Position numbers and translations under genes: made by a program. A stretch of 64,000 nt of DNA, from assembly GCA_964447355.1 (NCBI GenBank), contig CAYUSG010000001.1, forward strand, positions 9,217-73,216, written 5' to 3'. Below the pieces are notes generated by a model that saw nothing but the letters and a program-made list of their open reading frames with translations, did no database searches and was not told the DNA's origin. Shown here in pieces: positions 33,285 to 44,500 of the stretch. Source of the stretch: an uncultured Paenibacillaceae bacterium. GTDB taxonomy: Bacteria > Bacillota > Bacilli > Paenibacillales > CAYUSG01. Positions within the stretch are counted from its first letter, which is position 1. Each line of letters opens with the position of its first letter.

Positions 33285-36200
33285 CGTTTTCACCTTCTTT
33301 ATTGACCTGCAAAGACAATTCCTGCCCATTCCACTTATATCGAATCACCGTAACATAATCCGCATTTTTCGGTCTAACCAGCTCACACACGGATAACGAC
33401 TCCACGGTTTCATAATCGCCCCACAAGACTTGGGAGTTCATAATATAATTAAAGCCGAGCTGCTCAACAATCTCGAACATTTCGTTGATATTATTCTCAT
33501 CTACACCAGCGAAAGCTTCATCTAACGAAATAATATACGGGGCGCTCGGCGCTGCCTCTTGGTACCGTGAATAACACGCGGTAAAGAGCGGGATATACAT
33601 GGCCATCGCTTTTTCCCCACCGCTAAATTTGAAGAAATGATGATTAGTCAGCTCCCGCTTCGGTTCATTCGGACGCTCATAATACAACACGAAGGAAAAC
33701 CATTTACGGTAATCAAGCACCATTTTCAACACCTGCAGCAGGGTCTGCCCTTCGCCCTTCTCCTCAAGCCATACTTTGGCTGTGTCAATCTTAGAACGAA
33801 AATGCCGCGTGATCCGTTCGAGATCGGCTTCATTTAATACATTGGCGTCTTGCTTCAGCAAGGTAACGAGCTCCTGGGTATCCAGCTCCTGCTCAGAATC
33901 GGCCGTTCTAGGCTTCCAACGGATCGAGAACTTAAGGCCGGAGGAGGTGTCCCGGCTTTCCATTAATCCTCGCATTTTCTCCGTCCACTGTTCGGCGCGT
34001 CGAATACGCGCCCTGAGCTTATGCCCTACGGAATTGAGCAAAATTTCTTCATATAATTGTTTGTCCATTTCGTCTAGCCTTGTTTCTTGGATCGAAAGTT
34101 CACGGGAGACACTTTCGTATAGCGCAGCAGGCGAAATCTTCACGCCCCGTTGATCAAACTCTATGATATTCCGTGTATTCTTGGCTTTCCATTGCTCAAT
34201 AATCGGCTTCCATTCTTCCTTATCAATCTCATTCATCCAACCGACAACATCGGGAGCATCGGTATATTGCGTTATTTTATGCTCGGTCAGATCCGGTTGC
34301 AGATTGTAAAATAATTTGGTCAGTTCCGCCTCCAAAATGGACTTGTCTTTGATCACTTTTTTCTCTGCGTACTCGTGGATGATGGCGTCATCCACGACAT
34401 CACGCGCTTTTGCGATCGTTCCCCGCTTCCATTCCTTTAAGACCGCTTCCTTCCATGCCGCTTGCATTCGGTTCCAAAAGGCAAACAAGCGTTCCTTCTC
34501 GCCAAGCTTTTCTTCAGTATGGCTTTGGTTCACCTCTAATTTAGGAAGGGTACTAGACAAGTGTTCCAGCTCCGAACCCACTGCGAATAAATCTTGCGTC
34601 ACCCTTTTAATCTCGCGTCTTACATCTTCAGCGCCCTTCAACTGCTGCTGTTGTCTAATATCTTGGATGTGCTGTTCCAATGTTGTCGCTGTATCCTTCA
34701 GAACAGCCAGCTCACCCTTTAATTCGTCCGTCTCAGCTTGCAGCTCTCTAAGGTATTCATGTGTTCTTCTAAGATCTTCAAGCAGACGAACCCAAAGCTC
34801 ATGCGCTCTGTGAATATGATTCAATTGTTTCTCATACTGACGGCTCATGACCAAGGCGTGCTGATAGGTCTCTGCTCGGGCTTCCAAAGCCAATCCTTGC
34901 GTCAACTCATAAAGCTTCCGTTTACTCTCCTGCAGCTTTTGATCCAGCTTAGCTAACTGCTCAGAGATATCCCTGATGCGTTTTTCGTGAAGCTTCATCT
35001 CCCCTAAAATATGGGTCAGCTCATTGTGGCAGGTTTTAACATCTGCACATGACGGAAACTGAGCCCATGCCTCTTTGGATTGCTGCAATTGTCTGTCCGT
35101 CTGCTGCCGCTGGTCTTCCAATTCAGTGATACGCACGTCATACTCGGACATTTGAGACTCAAGCTCAGTCAACAACTGCTCACGATAGCGCCGCCTAGCC
35201 TCTCGACCAATAAACCGCACCTCATCCAGCGGCAAAGCATGTCCCTCCAGGTTTCCAAAGCGATATCGTCCATCTATTGTAAAATGAACAGGCGCCTCAC
35301 CGTCCATTTCGATGCTTTGTAAGACAGCCTCAATGCGATCAAAAGGGATCGCGCGCTGAGCGGTATCCGGCTGCAGATAATCGGCTAGTGTAGCTGTGAA
35401 CAGCTTGGGTTCAGCTAATAACACGCGATCATGCTGAAATGAAATCGCTTGGGTTGTGACCAGCGCGTCAAGCAGTCCTGTCTCGGTAAGTGCGCTTTCA
35501 AGCCGCTTCTGCACCTCCGGTGGTACGTCTGGCTTAAACTCTACAATCTCGTACAAAGGTTTATATATCACCGCTTGGGCATCTAACTGTTTGCGCACCT
35601 CCACCGTTGCTTCATGACGCTCTGGCTCGGGATCACGCTGCGCTTTCATCTGCTTCCACTTGGTTTGCAGCTTCTCGCGTTCTTTTACAGCTTGTTCTTT
35701 CTGCATGATCACATCGGCGCGCCGGGTTCGCAGTTCATCCTCATACGCATGGACAAATGGCATGAACACCCCTTTGACTTCGTCATATTCATGCTCAGTG
35801 AACAGCTGATCAATCATACGCATCATTTGTTGCTTTGACGCATCTGCAGCCTGATAGTAAGCATGCTGTTCCAGCCAAAGATGAATCTGATGGATTAATG
35901 CTTGCTTGTCGTCAGACAGAAGCCGACGCCATTTCCGTTCATTCTCAAGCAGGGCATCATGTGCCTGCTTCACCTCACTTAGCTCTCGATTCCTGTCTTG
36001 AAATTGCAGGATGACCGAATCACGATGCCTAAGCTCCTCCAAGGAAGCCTCCAGCTTCGCCGTATGCGACTCCAGCTCTCTTCTCCAATTGTCAAAATTA
36101 AACGGCCCGCCTTCATTGCGTTCATAGTCCTGCACATTCATCTCGTGCTGCGAAAAAGCGCTTTCCTGCGCCTCGTAATCCAAATCCTCGACAGCCGTTC

Positions 36201-37401
36201 TTAATTGCTGTTCCTTCTCATCTATATCAACCTCAAGCGCGTCGATCCTCCCTCGAGTTTCCCGCTCCTTCTTCACTTTTGCTTCAATTCGGCTCTCTTG
36301 ATGCGATAGGCTGCGCTGTAAGACTTCGAGTTCATGAAGCTTCTGTTGCAATAGTTCCTCCAGCTGAAAAACCTCATGTCGCTCAAGTCGTTTTTTTTGT
36401 TCATTTAGCGTACCTTGCCTGATGTTGAGATCATGCTGTCTTTGTTGACTTAATTCTAACTCTGCTTCAAGCTTAGCCAGTTTGCTTCTTAACCCGCCAA
36501 CTTCTTCCTCTTCTTTCTGCGCACGAGCCTGGGCCTGCTTCCATTCCTTGACCTGATCGACAAAAATCCGTTCGGAATAGGCTTCATAAGCATCCTTTAG
36601 CTTCGTTAATGCCTTTACCTCTCGATCCAACTGCTCCATCTGCTGCTTCGTCTGATCCATTTGTTCAATGGAGTCGGATAAATATCGCAAATCTTCGTCT
36701 GTCAGCGGAGGCAAAGCTTCTTCCAGAATTTCATAAATGACAGTTGGCTTGAAATCCTTGGAAAGCTTCGGACTGCGGAGTTGAATCAGCAGCTTGATTA
36801 AATCATCATAAGCCTCAATTGTTTCAAATCCGAAGACATATCGATTCACCAGCTTCATGTAGTCTTGGTTAGAGCTTACAACCTCTCCCCCCGTGCTGAT
36901 CAAGTGTGTCAACTCCGTTTGTGAGTATGGAAACTGTTGTCGCTCACCATTTTGATTCACCAGCTTGTATAGCTCAAGATCATAACCAATGCGCCGATTA
37001 TCCGTAATGACAAACCCCCATGACTTCAATGGCTGGTTCCGCTTCGCCTGCATCCCCATACCCGTTGTCAAGTATTGATCGGTGCCTTCCATTTTGTATT
37101 CAATATATAAATACCCGGTTCGTTCATCTCGATTCGAGACTTCCTTCTCGCCTAATAAATAATCAGCCATGCGCCGTGATCTGGAACCAAAAGGATCCAA
37201 GCGATCCGGAGATTTCTTCCCGTCGAGCAGCACAGGCAGCAAGCTCTGCATCGTTACCGATTTCCCGGAACCATTCGTACCTCGAAGCAATAATTTACCA
37301 CTTTCAAATTCAAACACCTCATTATCGTAATACCAGAAGTTAAATAATCCCGCGCGATTTAGCTTCCATTTAGCAGCCACTAGACCTCGTCTCCTTCCCA
37401 T
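33265..37401 (-). CDS. jetC: Wadjet JetC, SMC-like ABC ATPase with long coiled coils (TIGR02680-like)
   Basis: Walker A LLLRGTNGSGKSVTMQSLLPVLLDG. About 900 aa of E/K/Q/L-rich coiled coil. C-terminal signature FSGGEKAMAMYIPLF and Walker B PYIISLDEAFAGVD. An alternative GTG start at 37380 would overlap the jetB stop as TAGTG. Confidence 0.88.
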   Translation of the reverse strand: MGRRRGLVAAKWKLNRAGLFNFWYYDNEVFEFESGKLLLRGTNGSGKSVTMQSLLPVLLDGKKSPDRLDPFGSRSRRMADYLLGEKEVSNRDERTGYLYIEYKMEGTDQYLTTGMGMQAKRNQPLKSWGFVITDNRRIGYDLELYKLVNQNGERQQFPYSQTELTHLISTGGEVVSSNQDYMKLVNRYVFGFETIEAYDDLIKLLIQLRSPKLSKDFKPTVIYEILEEALPPLTDEDLRYLSDSIEQMDQTKQQMEQLDREVKALTKLKDAYEAYSERIFVDQVKEWKQAQARAQKEEEEVGGLRSKLAKLEAELELSQQRQHDLNIRQGTLNEQKKRLERHEVFQLEELLQQKLHELEVLQRSLSHQESRIEAKVKKERETRGRIDALEVDIDEKEQQLRTAVEDLDYEAQESAFSQHEMNVQDYERNEGGPFNFDNWRRELESHTAKLEASLEELRHRDSVILQFQDRNRELSEVKQAHDALLENERKWRRLLSDDKQALIHQIHLWLEQHAYYQAADASKQQMMRMIDQLFTEHEYDEVKGVFMPFVHAYEDELRTRRADVIMQKEQAVKEREKLQTKWKQMKAQRDPEPERHEATVEVRKQLDAQAVIYKPLYEIVEFKPDVPPEVQKRLESALTETGLLDALVTTQAISFQHDRVLLAEPKLFTATLADYLQPDTAQRAIPFDRIEAVLQSIEMDGEAPVHFTIDGRYRFGNLEGHALPLDEVRFIGREARRRYREQLLTELESQMSEYDVRITELEDQRQQTDRQLQQSKEAWAQFPSCADVKTCHNELTHILGEMKLHEKRIRDISEQLAKLDQKLQESKRKLYELTQGLALEARAETYQHALVMSRQYEKQLNHIHRAHELWVRLLEDLRRTHEYLRELQAETDELKGELAVLKDTATTLEQHIQDIRQQQQLKGAEDVRREIKRVTQDLFAVGSELEHLSSTLPKLEVNQSHTEEKLGEKERLFAFWNRMQAAWKEAVLKEWKRGTIAKARDVVDDAIIHEYAEKKVIKDKSILEAELTKLFYNLQPDLTEHKITQYTDAPDVVGWMNEIDKEEWKPIIEQWKAKNTRNIIEFDQRGVKISPAALYESVSRELSIQETRLDEMDKQLYEEILLNSVGHKLRARIRRAEQWTEKMRGLMESRDTSSGLKFSIRWKPRTADSEQELDTQELVTLLKQDANVLNEADLERITRHFRSKIDTAKVWLEEKGEGQTLLQVLKMVLDYRKWFSFVLYYERPNEPKRELTNHHFFKFSGGEKAMAMYIPLFTACYSRYQEAAPSAPYIISLDEAFAGVDENNINEMFEIVEQLGFNYIMNSQVLWGDYETVESLSVCELVRPKNADYVTVIRYKWNGQELSLQVNKEGENDEQAAG

Positions 37402-38552
37402 TCATAATCCTTTGGATAAAAAGCAATCATGCGCGCGACCCCCGGCAAGAGGGTCAGCATATGCGAATCTTCTGCTTCATCCATCTCCGCCATATCCCAT
37501 GACTTCCATAAAGCAATAACTTCATAAGCTAATGCTTCTAAGGTAAGATCACGGTATTTCTTCGCCCACCCATGACCGTATCTTTCTTTCGTTTCCTTGA
37601 TGATCGTGATGAACCTGGCAAGCGGCTGACGAAGTTCTCCGAATTCACTGATACTCAATTGGTTCAATTGTTCTCTAATGACCGCTGTCGTATGGAGCGC
37701 AACGTCCACAATTCCACTTGTACCCGGGAACAAGGTATAACGCTTTTTGGGGTCCGACAATGTTAGCATCGCAGCATTTTTAAATACCTCCAAGCGAAAT
37801 GGAGTATGCTGCTCAAAATCATCTCGCAGCCGGTTTCTAAAGTTTCGAATATATGCAAAATCAGCATCATCTTCGCTCTTTCGATACACAAACGGAGTCA
37901 TCATCAGTTTGCGATAAACTCGTTTTCTACGCAAATCCTCTTGATGCCGCCCCCAATCCTGCTCTATTAACGCCTCTATCGTCTCAAACTTAAACAAATC
38001 ATCGGGATAGGATCTCATGAAATATCTGGAAAATACCGTCACTTCATAGAGTACTTCCTCTTCCTCACTCGTTTGAAATAGCTCAAGATTCCCGTCAATG
38101 GTATTAATCAAGCGAAATTCAAGCACCTGCTTCAAAGCGCGCACCAGCGATCGCCGATGCTGATACAACGTCCAATCCAGCGGAATGTCACCGGGATACA
38201 GCTCTTGAATACGTTCCGCTAAATCAGACAGTAGAAATTGCTCATCTACTGCTTTCTGCTCTGTATAAGCCAGCGCACAGCAAAAAATAGCATAATCCAA
38301 TGGATCCTGAAAAGCCTGAATCCCCATCCAGCTCTGCGGTTCGACAGGAATCTTCTCAAGCTTGGCAAAATGCTGATGCACGATGAGATCAAGGCCAAAC
38401 TTGTCCTGAAGATAACGTCTAAGCTTCAGCTCACGGTCACGAATCATTCGATAAGCCTCAGGTTCTTCGTCACGCAAAATCCAAAATTGTTCAAACAACA
38501 CAGCCAACGCATCCAGCGTCTGTTCATCAAAGGTTTCCTCACGCAAGCTCAT
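37380..38552 (-). CDS. jetB: Wadjet JetB (TIGR02678 / DUF2398-like kleisin-associated subunit)
   Basis: About 390 aa and acidic. Second gene of the cassette. Start at ATG 38552 (AAGGAG upstream) overlaps the jetA stop by 14 nt. Family assignment rests on size, order and my recollection of the family. Confidence 0.7.
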   Translation of the reverse strand: MSLREETFDEQTLDALAVLFEQFWILRDEEPEAYRMIRDRELKLRRYLQDKFGLDLIVHQHFAKLEKIPVEPQSWMGIQAFQDPLDYAIFCCALAYTEQKAVDEQFLLSDLAERIQELYPGDIPLDWTLYQHRRSLVRALKQVLEFRLINTIDGNLELFQTSEEEEVLYEVTVFSRYFMRSYPDDLFKFETIEALIEQDWGRHQEDLRRKRVYRKLMMTPFVYRKSEDDADFAYIRNFRNRLRDDFEQHTPFRLEVFKNAAMLTLSDPKKRYTLFPGTSGIVDVALHTTAVIREQLNQLSISEFGELRQPLARFITIIKETKERYGHGWAKKYRDLTLEALAYEVIALWKSWDMAEMDEAEDSHMLTLLPGVARMIAFYPKDYEWEGDEV

Positions 38553-40035
38553 GCTTCGTTTTCTCCTTTCCTGCAAACAACAATGTCACGGCCGGCATTT
38601 TCATTTGCCCATCCTCGGCCTTCAGCACCATCGTTCGACTGCGATCCAACTCCACTGTCACTTCATGCCCGTATTCTGTCTTGATAGTACGATCCGCTTT
38701 GCCCATCGCTTTACCGATCCAAGAAAGGAATAATTTCCGTACAAAGGGTTCGATCACTGGCAACTGCTCAAGCTCAATGGTATTTCCAGTCAAATACTGT
38801 TCAATCACCTGCTGCTCATACAACCGCTGTTTCAAATAGGCCGCTTTGGTTTGCTCCTTCTTCTCAAAATGACTCTCAACGGCATTGGCCTTTGTCTTCT
38901 CCCGATACGCCCGAATTCTTGGAATCCTCTCATGGGCCATCGGCATCTCCTCCCACACATCGGTATAAATATCCTCCGTTGGTATATGGTCGGAATGGAG
39001 ATGCTTCGTGTGCGACAACCCAAACACAATCGAGGACAACTTGTGTGCTTCTTCAATAGAAGGCAAATTCGAAAACCACTGTGCGAGGTGAAGATAATCC
39101 TCCTTACGGCTGCGATGCAGCAAGCTGCGCTCACCCAAACGCTGAATGATTCTTGTCATTCTGCGGATTGCTTCATTCGTTTGCTCTAATACGTTGTCGT
39201 ACTGGCTTTCGCCCGCTTCGTCACCGATAAACCATGCCTTAACATTAAACCATGTCGCTTCAAGCTCACTCACATGATCCACCTGGTCACCTAATCGCTC
39301 AAAACGAAACACGTGCATTTCATGCTGAGCTACTTTTTGAAGAAAAGTCCTCATGTCCTCCCGCGGCAACGATATCATAACATCTTGAATCGAGGCCGCT
39401 GTTCGCTGCAAATTGATAATAAAATCACGCAAATAACGCGTAAACTGATCCTTATATAAAAAGAACGCCTCAGATTTCATCTGCTCTGAAGCATCCTCAC
39501 TGCGCAAGTAAGCGAAATAATCAGACGTATTTTGTGTAATTTTCTTGAAATAGGTCAATAAATCATCCCATAGCTGAGCACAGCTCTCTGCTGACTCCGC
39601 CTTGGCTTGCTTTATCCTTTGCAGCGTTTGGTATAACCTTTCAAAATGGGACTTTTCTAATGAACCCCCAAATTGATCAGACTGATGCTCAAATTGAATT
39701 AACATGCGTTCAAATTCTACTGTATACGGTGTAATTTGATAGCGAAATCGTTTCTTCTTAAACTCTTCGATCGTTTTGACCTTGCCGCTCTCCTGCTGCG
39801 CACGCAAATTTCCCCATTTGACCAGCGAGGCTAGATCACTATGCAGCTCGTCCAGCTCATAGTGCTCAAAATGCGGGGATTCTTTCAAGTGCGTGTATAC
39901 TTCTTCCGGGAATAAAAATTCACGCAAACGCTCGTGCTGAATATAGAAATGTCTTAGAATCGCTCTGTATTTATCACTTTTCTCAGTAGCTAAATAAGTC
40001 GCTTCTGCCACCCGTTTAAATGGTCCTTCCATCAT
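38539..40035 (-). CDS. jetA: Wadjet JetA (TIGR02677 / DUF2397-like)
   Basis: About 498 aa. The N-terminal YLATEKSDKYRAILRHFYIQHERL resembles the family start. First gene of the cassette. Start at ATG 40035 (AGGAG 8 nt upstream); the track GTG 40044 has no spacing to the SD. Confidence 0.72.
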   Translation of the reverse strand: MMEGPFKRVAEATYLATEKSDKYRAILRHFYIQHERLREFLFPEEVYTHLKESPHFEHYELDELHSDLASLVKWGNLRAQQESGKVKTIEEFKKKRFRYQITPYTVEFERMLIQFEHQSDQFGGSLEKSHFERLYQTLQRIKQAKAESAESCAQLWDDLLTYFKKITQNTSDYFAYLRSEDASEQMKSEAFFLYKDQFTRYLRDFIINLQRTAASIQDVMISLPREDMRTFLQKVAQHEMHVFRFERLGDQVDHVSELEATWFNVKAWFIGDEAGESQYDNVLEQTNEAIRRMTRIIQRLGERSLLHRSRKEDYLHLAQWFSNLPSIEEAHKLSSIVFGLSHTKHLHSDHIPTEDIYTDVWEEMPMAHERIPRIRAYREKTKANAVESHFEKKEQTKAAYLKQRLYEQQVIEQYLTGNTIELEQLPVIEPFVRKLFLSWIGKAMGKADRTIKTEYGHEVTVELDRSRTMVLKAEDGQMKMPAVTLLFAGKEKTKHELA

Positions 40036-40140
40036 TCGACACACTCCTATACCTTTCTTATAACTTCTATTCTAATAGAACGAACACTAATAAAGCTAGT
40101 ATAGTAGTTTGGCAAAGGAACCAGCGAGAAGGCATCTAAC

Positions 40141-40180
40141 AATAAAACCCAAGCGAAGTTTTCAGCATTCGCTCAGGTTT
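40141..40180 (-). terminator. Intrinsic terminator of the hydrolase gene, upstream of the Wadjet operon
   Basis: Minus RNA: AAAACCUGAGCGAA-UGCUGAAAAC-UUCGCUUGGGUUUU (14 bp with two G-U pairs), followed by AUUGUU. Confidence 0.6.
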
Positions 40181-40311
40181 TATTAACTTCAACTGGAGTA
40201 GAATATTTGGCCGCAACACTTTTTGTGCTTTTTCCCGCTTTACTTAGAACCGGCTTTATGCTCCTTTACACCATTGTATCACAGCGAATATTTATTCAGA
40301 CTATACCCCGA

Positions 40312-41337
40312 TTAATTGTTTGATACAATCCATTCGGATATTTTTTCGTGAGATGCTTGGCGGCTTATAATATTGAAATGTGAGAGACCCTCCAACAATA
40401 CGACTTCTGCATGTTTATTATCTTGAAAAACTTGTTTATATCGATCGACATTAAAAGCCTCATCACCACTTCCTGCGATGACTAGGACTCTTTGATCTAA
40501 GGATAATATATCCCTCTTGTAATGTTTACGAGGGTGCATCGACACCTGTAATCGATAGCTGTAAGTCAACGTCTCCGTATTGTCTCTGTATGGGTAGGGC
40601 ATATTAAAAGATATGACCGGCATATGATTTAAATGGGTTATTTTTAGCTGATTCAACATAGAGAGTCCTATGATTCTCGGAATGTTAACATTGACCCAAT
40701 TATTTATTTTAGTATTGGTCGGGGATTGATGATGAATATAAGGAGCAATAAGCAAATATCCACTAATGGCTTGATGTCTTCTTCTACCCCCTGCCATCCG
40801 AATAACCGTGCCCCCACCACTCGAATGTCCTCCGAGAATGATAGATTCCTTCCGGTGACGTTGCTTGACGAATTCAATAAAATCATACAAATCGTCTTCG
40901 ATTTGACCCATATACTTAATATCTCCGCGCGATTCCGGATGAAGTCCATGACCGCGCAAATCTAACGTGTACACTGAAGCAATTCCGCCCTCAGTTAAAT
41001 ACGAAGCCAGGGGTTGGAAGTATGATCCATGATATCCAGAACCGTGCACAAGTATTAGCACCTGATTTGCATTGGCTGTATAATGGCGAAAGGATAAAGC
41101 TTCCCCGTCCCTAGCTTTAAACTGTTCTAACGGCGGTAATGTTGTCCGTTCTGTTCGTAAATCCGTAAACTGGAGGTTTTCTAAGTCACCAGACGGTTCT
41201 TTCAACTTAGTAGAAAAGACCAGAATATGTGCGAGTAAGAGATAAATTATAGAAGAACCCATCAACAAATAAAATAAAATCCATATGATATCATTCATCG
41301 TAGTCCGTATTCCTTCCCTATGTAAGACTTGTCTCAA
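40312..41337 (-). CDS. Membrane-anchored alpha/beta hydrolase (lysophospholipase/monoacylglycerol-lipase-like)
   Basis: N-terminal TM (IIWILFYLLMGSSIIYLLLAHILVF), oxyanion-region LILVHGSGYHGSYF, nucleophile elbow ILGGHSSGGG. The start may be the internal ATG (MNDIIW). Confidence 0.8.
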   Translation of the reverse strand: MRQVLHREGIRTTMNDIIWILFYLLMGSSIIYLLLAHILVFSTKLKEPSGDLENLQFTDLRTERTTLPPLEQFKARDGEALSFRHYTANANQVLILVHGSGYHGSYFQPLASYLTEGGIASVYTLDLRGHGLHPESRGDIKYMGQIEDDLYDFIEFVKQRHRKESIILGGHSSGGGTVIRMAGGRRRHQAISGYLLIAPYIHHQSPTNTKINNWVNVNIPRIIGLSMLNQLKITHLNHMPVISFNMPYPYRDNTETLTYSYRLQVSMHPRKHYKRDILSLDQRVLVIAGSGDEAFNVDRYKQVFQDNKHAEVVLLEGLSHFNIISRQASHEKISEWIVSNN

Positions 41338-41520
41338 TACCTATTCTAATACCTTAACATAGATGCTTTATAAAAATCTGCTTGATAGATTGATCTGGTC
41401 CGTACCTGTTTCTAGCATCCAACTAAAGAAACGAGCGATAACAAAGAATGGGTAACCATTTTTTACTACCACTTTTCAAATGACTTGTGACTGGTAAAAC
41501 TCAAATTGTTAGTGAACAGT

Positions 41521-41561
41521 AAGAAGCCCTCCTCCATCGATACCTTGGAGGAGGGCTTCTT
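41521..41561 (-). terminator. Perfect 15-bp GC-rich hairpin ending the giant surface-protein operon
   Basis: aagaagccctcctcc (41521-41535) pairs with ggaggagggcttctt (41547-41561). It lies 20 nt after the stop codon at 41582. No clean U-tract. Confidence 0.6.
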
Positions 41562-41581
41562 GGCGTTCAGCATCAGGTTTG

Positions 41582-44500
41582 TTAATGCATCCTATCCATA
41601 AAACGCAGCAGCATGACAGCGGCTTCTTCCCGTTTGATCGTATCCATTGGACGGATGGTTCCGTCAGGGTAACCGCTGAGGATACCTTCGCTGACCAACA
41701 TCGCAATGGCTGATCTTGCCCACACTGGGACATCCTGCGCATCTTTGAACGCCGCCAGCGGTTCGTCTGTTGCTGCTGAAGAATCTCCCATCATCCTTGT
41801 TAACATGACAGCAGCTTCTGCACGTGTAATCGCTTGCCGCGGATTCAAGTACATGGCATCAGACTTCTTCGAGCCAAGTATCCAACCTTCTTGTACGGCC
41901 TGTCTCATATAAGGCACCGCCCATTCGCTTACCTCACTGCGATCTGCGAAGGATGAAAGGCTGCTTGCATCCGCTGTAAGCGACACGTCATTAGCAGCGA
42001 CGAGCACTTTAGCGAATTCCTGCCTTGTAATCGACTGTTCCGGTGCAAAGATCCATGCACCCGCCTTCTCCCAGCCATTGATCACATCAATTGAAGACAA
42101 GCGGTACACAGCGTCGGTTGACCAGCGCCCTTCCATATCGGAGAATTGCCGCATCTGCTCATCATACAGCAGCGCGTATTTGCTAAAGTGCGGAAGTCGC
42201 GCTGTAACTGTTCCATACAACGGATTGACTTCACTGCCAATATACTCCCAACGGCGCTTCGTTTCGTTATACCAGTAGATTCCAAGCTTCGAAGGATCCG
42301 CGGCGTCTTCCAATCCGAATCGAATCAATAGCTCAGGAGGCGTCTCGAATGTCACTGGCACATTCGTCTTCAGTTCGTAAATGTCCCCGATCAACGTCCT
42401 TCGATCGTTGAAGATAAAGCGGCTGGGATCGATGACTCGCCCCATCCCGATGCCAACCCGCTCCAACTCCCATGGTTGTCCGAAGACCTTCAACTCGGCA
42501 CGATCCTCATCCTTCAGGATTTGATCCTGTCCACTCTGCAAAGCGATATGATCGAAAAACACCGTTCCTTGCTCGGCTTCAATGATCGACTTCAATGCTT
42601 GCTGAAGCATTTCGTCGATGACCTTGTCATTATTAGCACCATTTCCTCGATGGGTCGATGCAGGACGTTCCGGGTAATTGTCCTCCCAATCCTCATCATA
42701 CCAATCATCATAACTCGGCAATTCCACCGTTTCCTCATGATGGACACGAACCGTCAGCGAATCCTGTAACGCATAGCCTTCGGCAATCGTGTAGGAAGCA
42801 TGAATGACTATATCCCCTTCGTACTTCGCATCCAGTACACCGCCTGAGAGTTCACCGTACTGTGAACCAAGGAGAACATTCCAATCCGCATAGGCTTGCT
42901 CCAGCACATAAGCGTTGCCTTGCTCATCCAAGCCGACAAGCTCTAGCACGGCCTTCCCGCCAACCAACAGTTCAAGCTCCACATCCTCACTGGTGCTTGC
43001 AGCTTCGCTGTCAGTGGACACGATCCGAATTTCCACTTCTTCGATCGTATTCACTGTCCCGTTGATGGCTTGCGCTGAATGAAGAGACACATTTCCCGCC
43101 TGATCCGCTGCCGCTATCGTGATCGGACGCTTCAGATAACCCTCCAGCGAAATCTCGCTCGCAAATCGGCCTTCTGAATCTGTCTCCACTTCTTCACCGT
43201 TAATCGTGACGATACTTCCCAGCTCCGCAACACCTTGAACCGTTACAGAAGTATCCTCTGACCAATATGCCGGCTCAGGTGCATTTATTTTCAAGTCGGG
43301 CTTCTCCGTGTCTAATCGAACCTGAACACCTGAAACCGTAATATCCCCATCTTCATTCACAGCATAAACGCTGATGTTATTCATGCCTTCTTCTAACTCG
43401 ATGCTTTGCTGCCATTGATCTTCTGATCGCTCAAAAGCCGCTGAATCGTTCACTATCACGTTCGAGTTCACTTGCTGATCCGATTGCAGCACCAGATCAA
43501 CTTGTGGCTGATTTACGATATAAATCATCTCATCATGATCACCAGCGACTTGCTTAGCAGCTTGATCATCCACTTGCACCGTCAATTCGATGTTGGCTGG
43601 ATTCGGTTCTGGTACATACAGCTCATTGGACAACGCAGGCTGACCATATACCCTTATCCCATCGATTTCCTTGTAACCCGTGACCTCCACACGATAGGTG
43701 TTGCCAGCAACAAGACCGAATAATTCGCCTGTTTGTTGATCTACGTAAGTACCGCCAATATTCGCTTCTCTTAGGTCGCCGTCTGCCTCTACCATACCCA
43801 TATTCGGCAGTGCTTCGCCGTTCTCATCCTTCATTTCCAAGACAAATCCGTCTGCCGTCTGATCCAGCTCCCACTTTGCTTTCACCAGTCCATTGCCTAG
43901 GTTGGTCATCTCGACATGCTCGGGTGCAGGGAGTTCGTATGCATTGTTTATGGCAAAGGATGTGTCGCTGTACCGTACATGCTCCAGCATGTCGCCATTT
44001 ACCAACGCTGCGCGAATATAGTATTCGCCTGAAGGCAGTGTATCTGGCAATTGCACGGTGGTGGAGCCTGTAGCATCAAGTTCGCTGAGCAGCAATCTGC
44101 CGGAATCCGAATCGCCATCCTCGCTTAAATAAAGGGCCACATGCATATCCTCATCGACATGTGCGGATTGCCATTGGACAGCAAGCTCGTGACTTCCGAT
44201 CATCTCAACCTCAAGCTGCTCCAGTTCGGGAAGCTCAGCCACATCCATCAAACGTCCGCCTTCCAGCGGCTTGCTTGTAGCTATCGTCCAAGTCCCTGGC
44301 TCAGGAGCAACAACAGAAACATACATGTACTGCTCCAGCACACCGCTCTGACTTTCATCTGCAGAGATTTCCTGGATCAAATAGTTTTCATCCTCGATCA
44401 ACGGATAGCTTTGACCATTTGGTGCAGTGATTTCTATTTCGGGCAAATCACCACTGTAAGCTAGCTCCAGCAGCGCATAATCCTGATCGCCTACCGTTAT

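Noticed and set aside
33637-39189. Numerous plus-strand ORFs (for example 34316..34813 at 165 aa and 38238..38684 at 148 aa) across the Wadjet genes
   Set aside because: They are antisense to well-supported jetA/B/C coding sequence. They are serine/leucine-rich mirror translations of an E/K/Q-rich coiled coil, and none has a start context.
41509-41742. A 77-aa minus-strand ORF overlapping the 3' end of the 2052-aa gene and its terminator hairpin
   Set aside because: It overlaps a strongly supported SLH-domain coding region in another frame and runs through the terminator stem. It has no RBS.
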